A model generated the notes under the pieces. That model had not been told where the DNA came from. It did not search any database and worked only from the letters and a program-made list of their open reading frames with translations. Positions 25,067 through 37,525 of a stretch of DNA of 64,000 nt are shown here, piece after piece; positions within the stretch are counted from its first letter, which is position 1, and each line of letters starts with the position of its first letter. Where the stretch lies: NCBI RefSeq assembly GCF_009834535.1, contig NC_045696.1, positions 6,078,001 to 6,142,000 on the forward strand, in the 5' to 3' direction. The position numbers and the translations under genes were made by a program. This stretch comes from Camelus ferus (Eukaryota).

Positions 25067-25247
25067 GTTATTTTTATTTTTTTATTCTTTAAATTATTTT
25101 ATTATTATTTTTTAATTTATTTACTTTTTGGTGGGGGAGATAATTAAGTTTATTTATTTTTTTCTTTAGAGGAAGTACTGAGGATTGAACCTAGGACCTT
25201 GTGCATGCTAAGCATGTGCTCTACAACTTGAGCTACACCTTCCCACC
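25067..25247 (-). mobile_element. tRNA-derived SINE (Vic-1-like) with 12-bp TSD
   Basis: The + strand ggattgaacctaggacc...gctctacaacttgagctacaccttccc is the reverse-complemented B box, A box and head, with a T-rich tail. TSD gaaggcaca(t/c)ct at 25055-25066 and 25248-25259. Confidence 0.88.
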
Positions 25248-26649
25248 GAAGGCACACCTTTTAAAATAAATACGGTACAAACTCAACGGCCACCCACAGC
25301 CCAAGGTAAACCACATACAGGCCCACGGAGCACGGCTGTCAGTGGCGTGTTTACCGCTCCATCCGTCTCACTGGGCTCTGGTCTGCACAATGCCCCTTTG
25401 TGCTTTCTGAAAGGCCTGTGTGTTTGAGGTGTACCCTTGGGTACAGTGAGAGGAGTCATTACAATAACAGTAAATATTCCCTTTGATGAAAGGAACAAAG
25501 GTGATTTAAGCTGAATCTTGTGAGAGGAGGGGAGGTAATGAGTTGCTCTGTGTCAACTGGTCACACTTGGAAGAGAATTCCATCTCCTGGATGAGTGTAT
25601 TTGACACACCTTGACTTCAGTCCCAGAGGGGCCCCAAGTTGGCTTAATCACAGCCAACTAGTATGAATGGATCACCTCCTCTGATTCAGGGATCATAGGG
25701 ACAGAGCTGCCAGTGGTCACCACCAATTCTTGGTTTCTATTCCTAGAAGGGCAGGCCCTTGGAGTGAGTGTGGTCTCAGTAAACAGTGCCTTCACCAAGC
25801 TCTCCAGGTGTTGTAGGCATTAGTCATCTAGATGTTATCGAGATGTAGAAAGTCCTGACTGAGTTGGGAGTGAGTCACTGGGCCCCATCAAAGACCAAAG
25901 AGACAAACAGAAACGAAGCAGAAAAATCAATATGGTGCCCTTCACCCGATGGGCTGGGCAGAGATTGTGCGAGAAAAAGATTTCATCACCCGGAAGGAAG
26001 GTGGTATCCTGGCACCCCCCACAAACCGTACCAGCTGTGGGGCCCAGGGAATGGGTGGGAATCTCTGAGCTGGTGCCCAAGACCTGTTACGTTAGTCCAC
26101 TGTTGCTCTGGTGTCTTACAGTCGTCTGTCCCCTTTTAGAATGTAAGCCTGTAAAACCAGCCACGTGGGGGTAAGGCTGAGGGGTATCTGGGAGGAAGGA
26201 AAGGGAAGGGGGCTTTGTCAGAGAAAGAAGTGGGTTGCTATTAGAATTAGGAAGGCCAACTCCCAAGTTTTAAAGTTTATTCTCTTATTAAACAGCTTTA
26301 ACTAAGAATCTGTATTTTAAGATTTTAGCTCCTTGTCTTTTTAAGACATTTTTGATATAAAATAATCTGGTTGATAAGGCTTTTATGGCTATTGTAAATC
26401 TGAATTATTAAATATTTACTGTTTATTGAGACTGCAGTAAGTCGAAGGTGACATTTAATGGACTAGATTCTATAAAATAATTATTTTTTATGTTTCCCTT
26501 TTCAAATTTTCAACTCTCTTGTTTTGTTCATAAAGCTGCATTTTATAAATTAAGCATAGATGGAAAAACCTGGGCCAGTAAATATTGTCTCATGACAAAG
26601 CTCAATACTAATGCCAATTTTTAAAAAAACTGTTGCTTTCAAATCTAGT

Positions 26650-26752
26650 GAATATATGTATGTTTATGTATAACTGAAAAATTGTGCTCTACGCTGGAAT
26701 TTGACACAACATTGTAAAACGACTATAACTCCATACAAAATGTTAAAAAAAA
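26650..26752 (+). mobile_element. Very short L1 3' tip
   Basis: gaatatatgtatg...aactgaaaaattgtgctctac...gacacaacattgtaaa..gactataact followed by an A-rich tail. Resembles the other young L1 ends in the window. Confidence 0.75.
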
Positions 26753-27379
26753 TTGAGAAATTATCTAGACAGCATTTAAAGTATATAAATAATTATGTAC
26801 CATATTTAATGTAATGTTGAATAGTTTAAAGAACCTTTGACTTATTTCTATTGAAATGACACTTAGATACCCTTATCTTCACTGTAAGAAGTGGACATTC
26901 TTATTAGTGACACTCGCTCATCTGTATCACTTATGATTGGTGACAGTCACTCACGTAACACTTGTAGACTTTCTGCCCTGGGTCAGTGTTGTGGGGAGTA
27001 TTCAGTGAGAAGTGTTTTCTTGCTTTCTGTCTGACAAAGTTAATGCCCTTCTTTCTATGTGTCATAAGGACTTGGACCCCTTCCACGATTTAGCATATTC
27101 ATAAGAACATTCGAGACCTGCCTGAATCAGATACCCTGTGTGTTTCCCAGTGCGTAAGGCAGTGAATGAGAAAATGCAGGCTTCTTAACAATGCATATTC
27201 TCAGTTCTCCTTATATCAATTCACATAGCAGGGGGAGGTGTTCAGCACATATTTGCTGAATGAATGTCAGGACCAGATTGCAGAAGGAAAAAATATATAT
27301 ATTATGGAGTCAAGAAACCATACATTTTACAAGAAAATTCCCATCTTGATTAAAAAAAAAAAAAGCACTTTAAAAAATT

Positions 27380-28055
27380 GGTTGTTTAGTGGTGGATGGG
27401 CAGGATGGGCAGGAATTTCAGGAGAATCTTGAGATAAGCCAGGACACAAGACACAGACACAGGGACTGTAATCCCGCAGCGCTCCCAGGCTTGGCGTGAC
27501 CCTCACAGGAAAAGATAATGTGAGTCCCCGGGAACCTCCACCCCCCCCAGGCCTTGGGGGCCAAGGTGATTACTAAACCCTGCAGATCTTGGTATTGTTG
27601 AAATAACTGACCAGGCCCCAGACAGACAGGCTGCTGCCTGGGGGTACCGCGTCAGCAAACCCAAACAGGTAACTTTCGCGTCCCTGTAAATGTCCTGCTT
27701 GACCAGAAAAACAGTATCTCGGGTCGGCCATTCCCCGAATGCCCAGCCACCTCTGGGTTCTGCACTCGCGCCCTTGTGTTCCTTTTGTTTTTTGTGGGGG
27801 TTAGGGAGGAGGGAGCTGGGTTTTATTTATTAATTTTATTTTTAGAGGAAGGGCCGGGGCCTCGTACATGCCAAGCATGTGCTCTACCACTTGAGCTCTG
27901 CCCTCCCCCCATTGTTTTTCACTCTTTATCCTATAAAAGCCTCCTGCCTTCTGCCCCGTTTTGCCATTCTCCCAATGGACACTGTCTGCTTCATGAAGTG
28001 TTAAGTATAATTTGTTTATATCGCCTAAATTGTCTTTTAAAATCATTTTTTAACA
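27380..28055 (+). mobile_element. ERV-type LTR (family uncertain) interrupted by a SINE
   Basis: LTR-like layout with TATA (cctataaaagcc at ~27930) and a terminus ...ttttttaaca at 28055. The 5' boundary is uncertain. Confidence 0.55.
27780..27910 (-). mobile_element. tRNA-derived SINE (Vic-1-like), internally deleted, nested in the LTR
   Basis: cctcgtacatgccaagcatgtgctctaccacttgagctctgccctccccc is the reverse complement of the SINE head. T-rich tail on its left. Confidence 0.8.
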
Positions 28056-28069
28056 GTACCATTGGGGCC

Positions 28070-28400
28070 TGGTAAAAGATGAACGAAGGCGTATTAACAT
28101 TTTTGAGTTTATTTGAACAAAAAGCTATTGGAACTGGGCAGCACCAAACTGGAAACGGTCAGCAGCCCGCTGCCCGCAGCCCCCAGAGAAACACACAGCA
28201 GAGAGGCAGCGAGGAGGCAATGACAGCAGATTCGTGGTTGGTTGTCGTGTAAGGTGTGGTTGGCTGTTTGCGACTGGTTGGCCTTAGTTTTTGATTTTGG
28301 AACGTCCAGGCATTTACAGGCTTAGGTTCTGGTTTGCTCTCATAGCTGCCCTGGTCTTAGAGCCACATCGGGCTAATAGCCTCCTTGTTTAATTAATTTA
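28070..28400 (-). mobile_element. ERV1 LTR (MER93/MER57-like)
   Basis: The minus strand begins taaattaattaaacaaggaggctattagcccgatgtggctctaa, close to the MER93-type LTR 5' end as I recall it. The + strand tttatt at ~28107 is the poly(A) signal. Confidence 0.6.
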
Positions 28401-28585
28401 TTGGGCTTAAACTGCCAAATTTGGGATTAGAAACCTATAAAAATTTAATTTTAGGACATCACCTTAAAAGAAATAGTTTGCCCCAAAGCAGCCACATTTA
28501 GACTAATAGATAGTATGCTGGACTATTTTTTAATTTTTTTTTTTTTTTTTTTTGTGACCAGATATTTTAGTTTGCAGTACACTAG

Positions 28586-29220
28586 TGAGACGGGGAGGAA
28601 AGGGGCGGGCACAACCATTAAAGAATGACGCAGCCTTAACACCAAAATGGCAGGAGATTCAAGTCCCAGTAGACCTTGAGGCTCAAGATGGCGGGACACT
28701 TGACTTCCAGTAGACCTTGAGCTTCATTATATGCTCGTTGTAATGTATTAGCATTAGGAGTGACACTCCCACAGGTGCCAGGACAGTTCCAAGGCTGACC
28801 ATAGAAGGTCAAAAAGTGGGCCGTGGCCCAATGCCTGGGAGTCCCCTCCCCTTTCCCAAAGCAGTTGGAATAACCCTCCCACTTGTTAGCTTATGACGTT
28901 ACCGAGCTCATAAAAACTAGCAGCGCCCTGCCTCGTGGCCGCTCTCCCTCCTGAGTGCGATGGCTTGCACTCTGTCTGTGGAATGCGTGTTCACTTTTAC
29001 TTTAAACACCCACCCCCACATCTTGTGGCCTCTCTGGCCTTCTGAGATGGCCTACACTTGATCGATAAGAGTATGTATCTCTGAATAAATCTACTTTTAC
29101 TCTATTATGTTTCGCTCTTGACTTCTTTCCTGCACAAAGCCAAGAACCCTCACTTGGTGGGGCGCATTGTAACCGAGACACTGGACATGCCCTCCTCTCG
29201 CACCCCATTTTCCTGTATCC
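28586..29220 (+). mobile_element. ERV1-class solo LTR with 4-bp TSD (CTAG)
   Basis: CTAG at 28582-28585 and 29221-29224 flanks TGAGAC...tgtatcc, where the terminal CA appears mutated. U3 tandem repeat at 28643-28721, TATA-like cataaaaa at ~28909, AATAAA at 29084-29089. Confidence 0.75.
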
Positions 29221-29309
29221 CTAGGGTGTAAATCAATTCAGTGGCAACCCTGTAGAATTAAATGTTCACGCTATACAAAGTGTGAGTTCTGTTTTGGATG
29301 TATTTCGAG

Positions 29310-29465
29310 AGGCAGCCAGGCTGTGGATTAGATCCTGGCATGGATGGAGCCTTGGCTCTGTCTTTCACTAGCTGTGTGACCTTGGGCTAGGCGCTGACCT
29401 TCTCTGGGCCTCAGCTGTAACGTGGAGATCAGAGCACCGACCTCAGTGCTGCTGTGAGGATCAAT
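29310..29465 (+). mobile_element. MIR relic
   Basis: cactagctgtgtgaccttgggc...acctTctctgggcctcag...gctgtgaggat matches the MIR core. Confidence 0.65.
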
Positions 29466-31474
29466 AGCCACCCTGATGATTGATTGATGGACCTACCTAC
29501 CATCTTCTATCTACTTACTTGTCTATCGACCTGCCTATCACACAGTCTGTAGACCAGGTCACAGTGTTTTGGCACAATCTCTGCAGGAAACACAAATGCT
29601 GTCATTGACCATACTGCATCCAAAAACGACTTGATTTTGTGCTTTTGTATAAAATAGGACTGGTCACTTCTCTAATTTGAGAACCTAGTAGATTGATGAA
29701 AGTTTGAGAATCTAGTAGAACATAGTAAAAATGAAAAACTGAGAAGAAAACTTAAAGTATTACTTTCTGGTCTTTGTTCTATCCCACTGCTGTGTAATAG
29801 AATAGAAATGACTTTTTAAAGCTCAGTTTAATTGCATGGGACAGTGGAGTGAATCAACCTACTGTTTTAAGCAGGGGATTACAGCCCACAGGCCATGAGC
29901 GGCCACTTGGGCACACAGCCCGTTTCTTACTCTATAAAATGGAACTCTGACGTGCTGAACTCCCTTTAGCGCCCCGTCCCAGGGAAGATTAATGAGACAA
30001 TGTTTGCTCAGAGCTGGGCTGGAGCAAATACTTTCAGCAAAGCCTGTTTCTTCCTTCTCGGAAGACCTTCTTTAAGTTATGTAAATAGAAACTATTTTGA
30101 TTTAAATGGAACCTGCTGCTCGATTAGCAGTGAGTGATGTTTCTGGCATGCCTAAAGTAAACCACTGGGTGAAAATGAATTACCGCCCTGGCAGCCTTCC
30201 TCTTTGATAAGGACTTGATCATGCTGATAACCTTGCAGAAAGAGGGTTCTCTCTCTTTTTCCTGAAGAACCGAACCTGACTAATGGATACTAAATTTAAG
30301 ATGCCCAATTAATCCCTTACATTTAAAAGTTTTCTATCTTTGGTTTCAGACAAAAAATGATAGACCCTGCAGCCATTCAGCCAGTAAAGCTGGAAATTCT
30401 GGGCAAGAGTTTTCCTTTCTAACTGGAACTTTCCTGCCTGTCTCACATAAGTGTCACCTTACAGAGAGGAGCTTCCTGACCTCAGGCTAGGTTCCATTCT
30501 GAGCAAAGTGACCCCCGAAGGCTTCTGGCAGTGGCCTGGTGGGACAGATGCTCAGGGCAGCTACTACAGCAGAAAGGAACTTTTACAAATTTCAAGGTTG
30601 TTCACTCCCTCCTCCCTCCCCTCACCCCCTCCTCCCCTCCAGTGTAAGTGCCACTGGGTTGTTCGCATTCCAGTTCCTTGTCCTACACAGGCAGATTCTT
30701 CATCCTGGCCTGCTCCCCAGGTGGGTGAGGGATGCCCATAGACAGGCCACCCTCCCGAAGAGGTCTGGCTTTGGTTACACTGCAACGTCTCTCTTCTAGT
30801 TACGATCATGTCAGATTGTGAGCACCAGGGAGGAGGACCTGAACCCCCGGCACTTCAGCGCTCCTTTCCTGGTTTCAGATACTCACCACCGTTACAGGGA
30901 ACTGATCTTGTTAACTTCACCGTTTGTGAGGATCTGGTTTATCTTAGGGAGAATTCATGCAGATTTACACACAACACATGAACTGGGTGTGGTCTTCGCA
31001 GTCGTCTCCTGTGTCCGCAGTAAGAGGCGTGAAGATGGGCGCTGGGCTGGAGGTGGTAGATCGAGGCAGTGAGGTGATCAAATTCTCGTTCCAGAAACAT
31101 CTTTCTGGCCACTGGAGAAGAGAAGAAGGAGAGAAGGCTGTTGTCCTCATAGGCCTGGTTAGGAGAGGGCTGCCAGGTGAGGGAAGTGGAGAGGAAAAGG
31201 AACTTTCCTGAGCAAGTTCTTTATTGTGGAAAATGATGAGAAAAAAACCCATCTATTGAGAAGTACCAGGTCATATTCCAGGTTACAAAACAACTGACAG
31301 TGGTAGTTAAGGGAACCAAAACAGCTAAACAGGTGTGGAAATAAACAAAGACTACCCAAATGAGAAAAGCAAAGGCTATTTATGTCCGGGGAGTTGGCCA
31401 CCATCCCCAGCCTCTCTTGAGTCCCCTGCCTGGCCCAGCAGGTGTAAAAGGACCATGGGACCATGACTATAGAA

Positions 31475-31690
31475 CCCATTTTCTTGTCAAGCACACACGG
31501 AATATTTACCTACATGTACACATATTGGGCTAAAAAACAAGCCTCAGCCAATTTCAGATGATTGGTGAATTGCAGACCACACTCGCTGGCCACAATGCTC
31601 TGACATTAGAAATTAACAACAAAAAAGTAACTGGAAAAAACCCCATGTGATTGGAGTTGAAGAAACAGTTATAAGTAATTCACAAACATA
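31475..31690 (+). mobile_element. Old L1 ORF2 (endonuclease region) fragment
   Basis: tcaagcacacacggaatatttac...atattgggc...aaacaagcctc...gccacaatgc...attagaaattaacaac is degenerate L1 EN coding sequence. Confidence 0.6.
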
Positions 31691-31809
31691 TAGATCAAAG
31701 ATGGTGTCTTTGTCTATATGGCTTCCATCACGAAGGGTCACAGACTGTGGCTCAAACAACAAAAAATTCGTGGACCTGCACACCCGTGTCGTTTAAGGGT
31801 CATCTTTAT

Positions 31810-32100
31810 TCTAAAACAGAAGCCAGACCCAAAAGCCACGTATTGCATGATCTCTTTTATATGAAAAGTCTAGAAGAGGCAAATCCATAGAGAAAGAAAG
31901 TAGGTCAGTGGTTACCAGGGGGTGAGGGGGAAGTGAATGAGGAGTTACTGTTTGATGAGGATGGGGTATTTTTCTGGGATGATGAAAAAGACTTGAAACT
32001 AGAGAGAGGGGTTGGTTGCACTAATGTACTAAATGTCGCTGAATTGTAGACTTGAAAATGGCCAATTTATGTTATATGAATTTCACCTCAATTTAAAAAA
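31810..32100 (+). mobile_element. L1MB-like 3' end
   Basis: aggcaaatccatagag..agaaagtag.tcagtggttaccagggg...atgttatatgaatttcacctcaatttaaaaaaaa. Confidence 0.75.
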
Positions 32101-33620
32101 AAGATGAGAGGAATCAAAGGTACACGAGAAGGGGCATGACTATTAATCACGGTTATTATTACCAGTGTCCTAATCACTGTCAGCCATGCTGTCATTCCTT
32201 CCTGCCCCACCACCAGCAGACATGTTTTAAGGATCTCCCCCAGTTTTGGAGGAACCAAAATGCATTCTGTCACATATATTAAAATGTACCCACTTCCCAT
32301 CTTAAGTATTTCTTATATGTAAAATGAGAATATTTTTTGAAAAATAACATTGCTTTCAAAATGAGTTGGCTACAAGTAGCTCATTTAATCTATTGTGCGT
32401 CCTTGAGAATTCTGAATTCTGGTGAATTGAGAAAATCAAGCTCACAAACTGTTTTCAAATGTAGTGGGATTTGTACATATCCAAAGTTCAACAACTGATG
32501 ACTTGAGATAGTGTTATAGTTTGTAGACATTTGATGAAACAATTTTGATTTCATAATTATCTTTTCTCATCTAGGTTCTCAAACGTTTTCCTAAGTCCCT
32601 TCAAAATAGGCTGAAAGTATAAGACGACTAGTGGATAAACCAGCCCTAGAGCCAAGTTCTCTTTTGGTTTCTGTTTTGTAATTTGCAGATAATCCTGACA
32701 GAGTCCAAGCAGCCTTTTTGAAGAGTAAGGACAAGTTGTGCTGTCTGTAGGGTCCTGGAGGTTTGGTGGGATGTCTCTGTGGAAGGAGGCCTGACTAGGA
32801 CTGGATAAGGATGAAATGATGGCTTAGGATTAATGTGAACAGCAAGATGAGGGTTCTAAAGCAGGATACTCAAAAGAGTCTCAGGGAATAAACAATCCTT
32901 GATATGATGTATTGAAGAGTTGAATAGTTTATCCTTTTAAATGGACTTTTCTGGGAAGTTCCTGAAATCAATGATAAATTTGGTAACCTTTTTTTTTTAA
33001 TGTCTAAAATGATTTATAATAGCCATGTTTATTCTTTTTAAAGTTAGTAACTTTTACTCTTTGGAGTACCGGGGGATGGAAAAGTCACGTTAGGGAGGGG
33101 GCTTAGCAGTGAAGTCACGTCACTGTAGACAGGAAACTGTGGGTGTGGATGGTTTCTACTGCCGAAGATACTCTGAGGCCATGTCATAGAGGGCTTTGAA
33201 TCCTACTGGAAGGAATTTAAATTTTATTTGAATGAAAATGACAGAACCAGAGCTTGTGCTGGAGGATGAATGGGGCAGCAGGTTGAAACAGAGACAAGAT
33301 CAAAGACCACGAGGACTGCGAGGTAGAGAGTGAAACAGTTCAGGCGAGAAGGAGCGAGAACTTCAGCTAGAGAGACCAGAACCCTTACTACTGTGTTGTC
33401 ATTCATCCAGAAAATACTCTGCTGGCTTTCATCTGTGTGGCAGGCCCTGTTCTCCATGCTGGGGCCCTTGGGGACCGATGCATGCAAGGACCTGTCTTTG
33501 CGCTGTTTATAGAAACCTCATGCAATGCACACGTGTAGGATGAGTGACGTCATGCCTTCTGAGTCCAAGACTCTTACTGCTTTACAGGTTAAAGTCTCAC
33601 CTGCCTCAGATTTGAAGTCC

Positions 33621-34129
33621 TGTCTATTAGTTCCTTATGGCTGGTATAACAAATCACCACAAACTTAGTGGCTTAAAACAACACACATTTATTCTTTGAC
33701 CGTTCTGGAGGTCAGAAGACCTAAACTCCAGGTGTCAGCAGGGCGGCAGTCCTGGTGGAGGCTCTCGTGGAGAATCTGTTTCTTGGCTTTTTCCAGCTTC
33801 TGTAGCTACCTGCCTTCCTTAGCTAATGGCCCCTCCTGTCTTCAAGGCACAGATAGCATCATAGCATAGCATCTTGAAATCTTTCTCTCTGATACTGGCT
33901 TCCAAGTTGTGGTGTCTACTTTTCTGAGTCAGATGCTTCTGCCTTCCTCTTCTAAAGATTTTTATGATTACATTAGGTTCCACATAGGGAATCCAGGATA
34001 ATCTCCCCATCTCAAGGTCCTTAACTTAATCACAGCTATAAAAGTCCCTTTTGCCCTGTAAAGTAACATTCACAGGCTTGGGGTTTAGGACTTGGACACC
34101 CTTGGAGGGTCATCAGTCTCCCAACCACA
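33621..34129 (-). mobile_element. MaLR LTR (MLT1D/C-like)
   Basis: ataacaaatcaccacaaacttagtggcttaaaacaacacacatttatt...ggataatctccccatctcaagg.ccttaacttaatcaca...gtaacattcacagg. Confidence 0.85.
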
Positions 34130-35675
34130 CTCTCCAAGACTAGATCTCTTTCTTCTTTCCCTCCGCCATCTTCCCTTCAATCCGCAATGGAAGTTGCCAC
34201 TCCGGCTAAGCTGGCGTTCTCACAGTCCTGCCCCATGCTCATCCGGGCCTCCGGATTTTCTCATCATGTCCTTCCCTCTCTCTCGACTCCTCCACATTCT
34301 CACCAGCTTTTAGGGCTTCTGGAAGCCCACCTCTTCTGGGAAGACCTCCTTGAAGATCGCAGCCCACCTCTTCCTCCCCCTCAGATCCCTCTCACTCATT
34401 GTAAACATGGTAAGATCCTGTTAGCTCTTTTCTGTCTCTGTCTTATCTCTTTGAAGGCAGAGGCTGAGATTCCACCATTGTTGGTTGGATGAAATAAATT
34501 TCAGAACAATGCATCATTTTGCCTAGTGAGGAAAGAGTGAGGAAGAATTCTCATGATGTTAAGAACCAAATAAATGAAGACATACAGTGTGCAAATTGTG
34601 AACAACAGTCTGTTCCTTCATCAAACGGAATGACTGGGAACATGGTGTGGCCTGCTGATGAGCCTGGGTTGGCACTCAAAAAGGAACCCCTGGTCCCTGA
34701 GTTTTGAGTCACTGGATTACTAGGGTGGGCTGTGGAATCTCCTGCTTGGCTGGCTTGAGGAATAGGAAACCGACAACCCCTCAAGGAAGACCTGGGTGCA
34801 GCTGCGCTTAGGATTAGGGCATGAACTGAGTAACACTTCTGCTCTAGGAATCTATGTAAATTGGGTCCGGCGTGATTATCACCCTTTCATTCACCACTTC
34901 TCTTTCTCTTCCCAATTGTGATCCTTTGGGACTGATTTTGAACCAAACATCTGATTGGGAAAAATCGGAAAAATCTGAAAAATAAATTACTCAAAAGCAT
35001 CCTGCTTGGCGGTACCTGTACTTCCCAGAACTAGACGCATCAGTCAGGACGATAAATGCTGGCTGCTGCAACAACCTCTGAATCTCACGTCTGAACGTCG
35101 TAGAGCTCTGTTTTCCCTCCCTCACCATCTGACGCAGTCTGGGCAGCCCTCCTGGGCTCTCTTCAAAGTGGTAACTCAGGAATCCAATCTCCTTACATCT
35201 TGCGAAGCCACCGTCTTCACACATGACCTCCAGGCTCATGATGGAAGCACATGCATCAGAGATCATGCTGGGGGCTTTATGGCCAAGCCTACAGGTAACT
35301 TCCAGACCTTCTGCTCACTTTCCATTGGCCACAACCTAGTGACATGGCCAACCCAACTGTAAGGGAGGCTGGGAAATGAGTCCTCGTGTGGGCCCAGGCT
35401 GAGGACATGGTGCTAAGAACGGCTTGCCTTGGCCACCTCTGCCTACGGCGTGTCCACACATACCAAGCATCACCCGTGGCCGCATCTGAATGTTTGATGA
35501 ATGTGACATTTTATCCCAGTACTTGCAGAGGTCCAGCAGCAAGGAAGTCAGTTTCAGGCCACTGACTGATGATGGTATTATACTGACACAGCAGGGACTG
35601 CTTCTGCAACTCCCGACAATGTGCCCAGCCTGTGCACACAATCCAGCAGTGATTTCCTATAAGTAATAATACTCA

Positions 35676-36587
35676 GCAGAAGATCTGAATAAACATTTCT
35701 CCAAAGAAGACATACAGATGACCAATAGGCACATGAAAAAGACGATCAACATTGCTAATTACCAGAGAAATGCAAATCAAAACTATAATGAGGTACCACC
35801 TCACACTGGTCAGAATGGCCATCATCAAAGTCTACAAATAAATGCTGGAGAGGGTGTGGAGAAAAAGGAATCCTCCTACGTTGTTGGTCGGAATGTAGTT
35901 TGGTGCAGCCCCTATGGAATATAGTATGGAGGTTCCTTAAAAAACTCAAAACAGAGTTACTATGTGATCCAGCAATCCCACAATATCTAGGAGGAAACTG
36001 TAATTTGAAAAGATATGTTCACCCCAATGTTCACAGCAGCACTATTTACAATAGCCAACACATGGAAGCAACCTAAGTGTCCATCAATAGATGACTGGAC
36101 AAAGAAGAGATGGTATATTTATACAGTGAAATACTATTCAGCCATGAAAAAGAATGAAATAATGCCGCTTGCAGCAACATGGATGGACCTAGAGATTGTC
36201 ATTCTAAGTGAAGTAAGTCAGAGAAAGACAAATATGATATCAATTATATGTGGAATCTAAAGAAATAATACAAATGAACTTATTTACAAAACAGAAACAG
36301 AATCACAGACATAGAAAACAAAATTATGGTTACCAAAGGGGGAAAGAGAGGGAGGGGTAAATTAAGAGTATGACATTAACAGACACACATTACCATATAT
36401 AAAACAGATAAGCAAAAAGAATTTGCTGTATAGAATGGGGAACTATATTCAGTATCCTGTAATAACCTATAATGGGAAAGAATCTGAAAATAATATATGC
36501 ATATATGTATGTGTAACTGAATCACTTTGCTGTACACCTGAAACTAACATAATATTGGAAATCAACTATAATTCAATAAAAAAAAAA
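35676..36587 (+). mobile_element. 5'-truncated LINE-1 (ORF2 3' part, 3' UTR, poly(A))
   Basis: ORF 36015..36260 (MFTAALFTIANTWKQPKCPSIDDW...YYSAMKKNE) is the ORF2p C-terminus. Ends aataaaaaaaaaa at ~36574-36587. Confidence 0.93.
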
Positions 36588-37505
36588 TCTCTGGGGTCAA
36601 GACAAAGGTAACATGCATCCTAAAGTGATTTGTGAGTGGGGCTTTGTTTTGACTTTCTGATAGTTTGAGAAAGAACCAAGTTCCAGGTCATCTGGCTTCA
36701 TGAAAAATGAAACAAACATGGGGCTTTTTACCTTGAACTTCAGCCAGCAAGTGTGTCCACACCAGCGTGTGGTTAGCCAGACTGCCCTGTCCTCGCCGCC
36801 AGGGGCACCAGCCCTCCTTCCTGTGACCACTGGCTGGACAGGGAGGGAGACTGCCAAAGACGACCCCTGGGCGGCTTTCCAGCTGTTTCACTCCTCAGCT
36901 CTGGCTCCCCCATCTCAGTCCTCAGCCCCCTGCGGAGCAGCCACAGTTTCCTTCTGGGGAGACCTCCAACCAAGGGCAGTGATTTTGCCACACCTTCCTG
37001 GAAGGCAGGGAACCTACTTTGCAGGGTCTGGTAGAAATTTTTTACCATATAAAGGGTAGTACGGTCAAAATCCATCCTTGTTTTCTGTCTCTAATTCCTT
37101 TGGAGTTTTAAATTCTTTACAACATCCCTCACATTCAGAAAGAGAATGCATGTGAAAATGCTTCCTAGCACGGTGCCTGATACGCAAAAAATGTGAGTTG
37201 CTCTATTTATAAATGACCTCTCCGCCTGGTTCTACTTTTCTTCATAATTTCGCCGAGAGTGTTCCCTCCCCACTGAATTGTCGATTTGTTTATCAACTTT
37301 CAGATCATGAGTCCTTGCACCGAGAAAATGAGAGGCAGGCCTGTTCCCACCACGGACTGTGGTCCCCTGGCCCGCTCTCACGCCAGCATCCTGTCTTTTC
37401 CTAGCTTCTCCCGCTGACATCAGCACGGTCAGCCCCCAAATTCCGGCGACTTATTTCCCAACGCCTCCCACTTAGTACTCCCTGAAATAATATTCTGAGG
37501 CTGTC

Positions 37506-37525
37506 AGAACCTTCTGGAATGTTCT
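37506..37525. promoter_or_regulatory. Perfect 4-unit heat shock element (HSF motif)
   Basis: aGAAc cTTCt gGAAt gTTCt. Motif match only. Confidence 0.5.

Noticed and set aside
28643..28721. Repeat-spacer pattern suggesting a CRISPR-like array
   Set aside because: Only two imperfect units inside an LTR in a mammalian genome, with no spacers or associated genes.
33545..33552. Perfect CRE TGACGTCA
   Set aside because: An isolated 8-mer between repeat relics. About one is expected by chance in a window this size.
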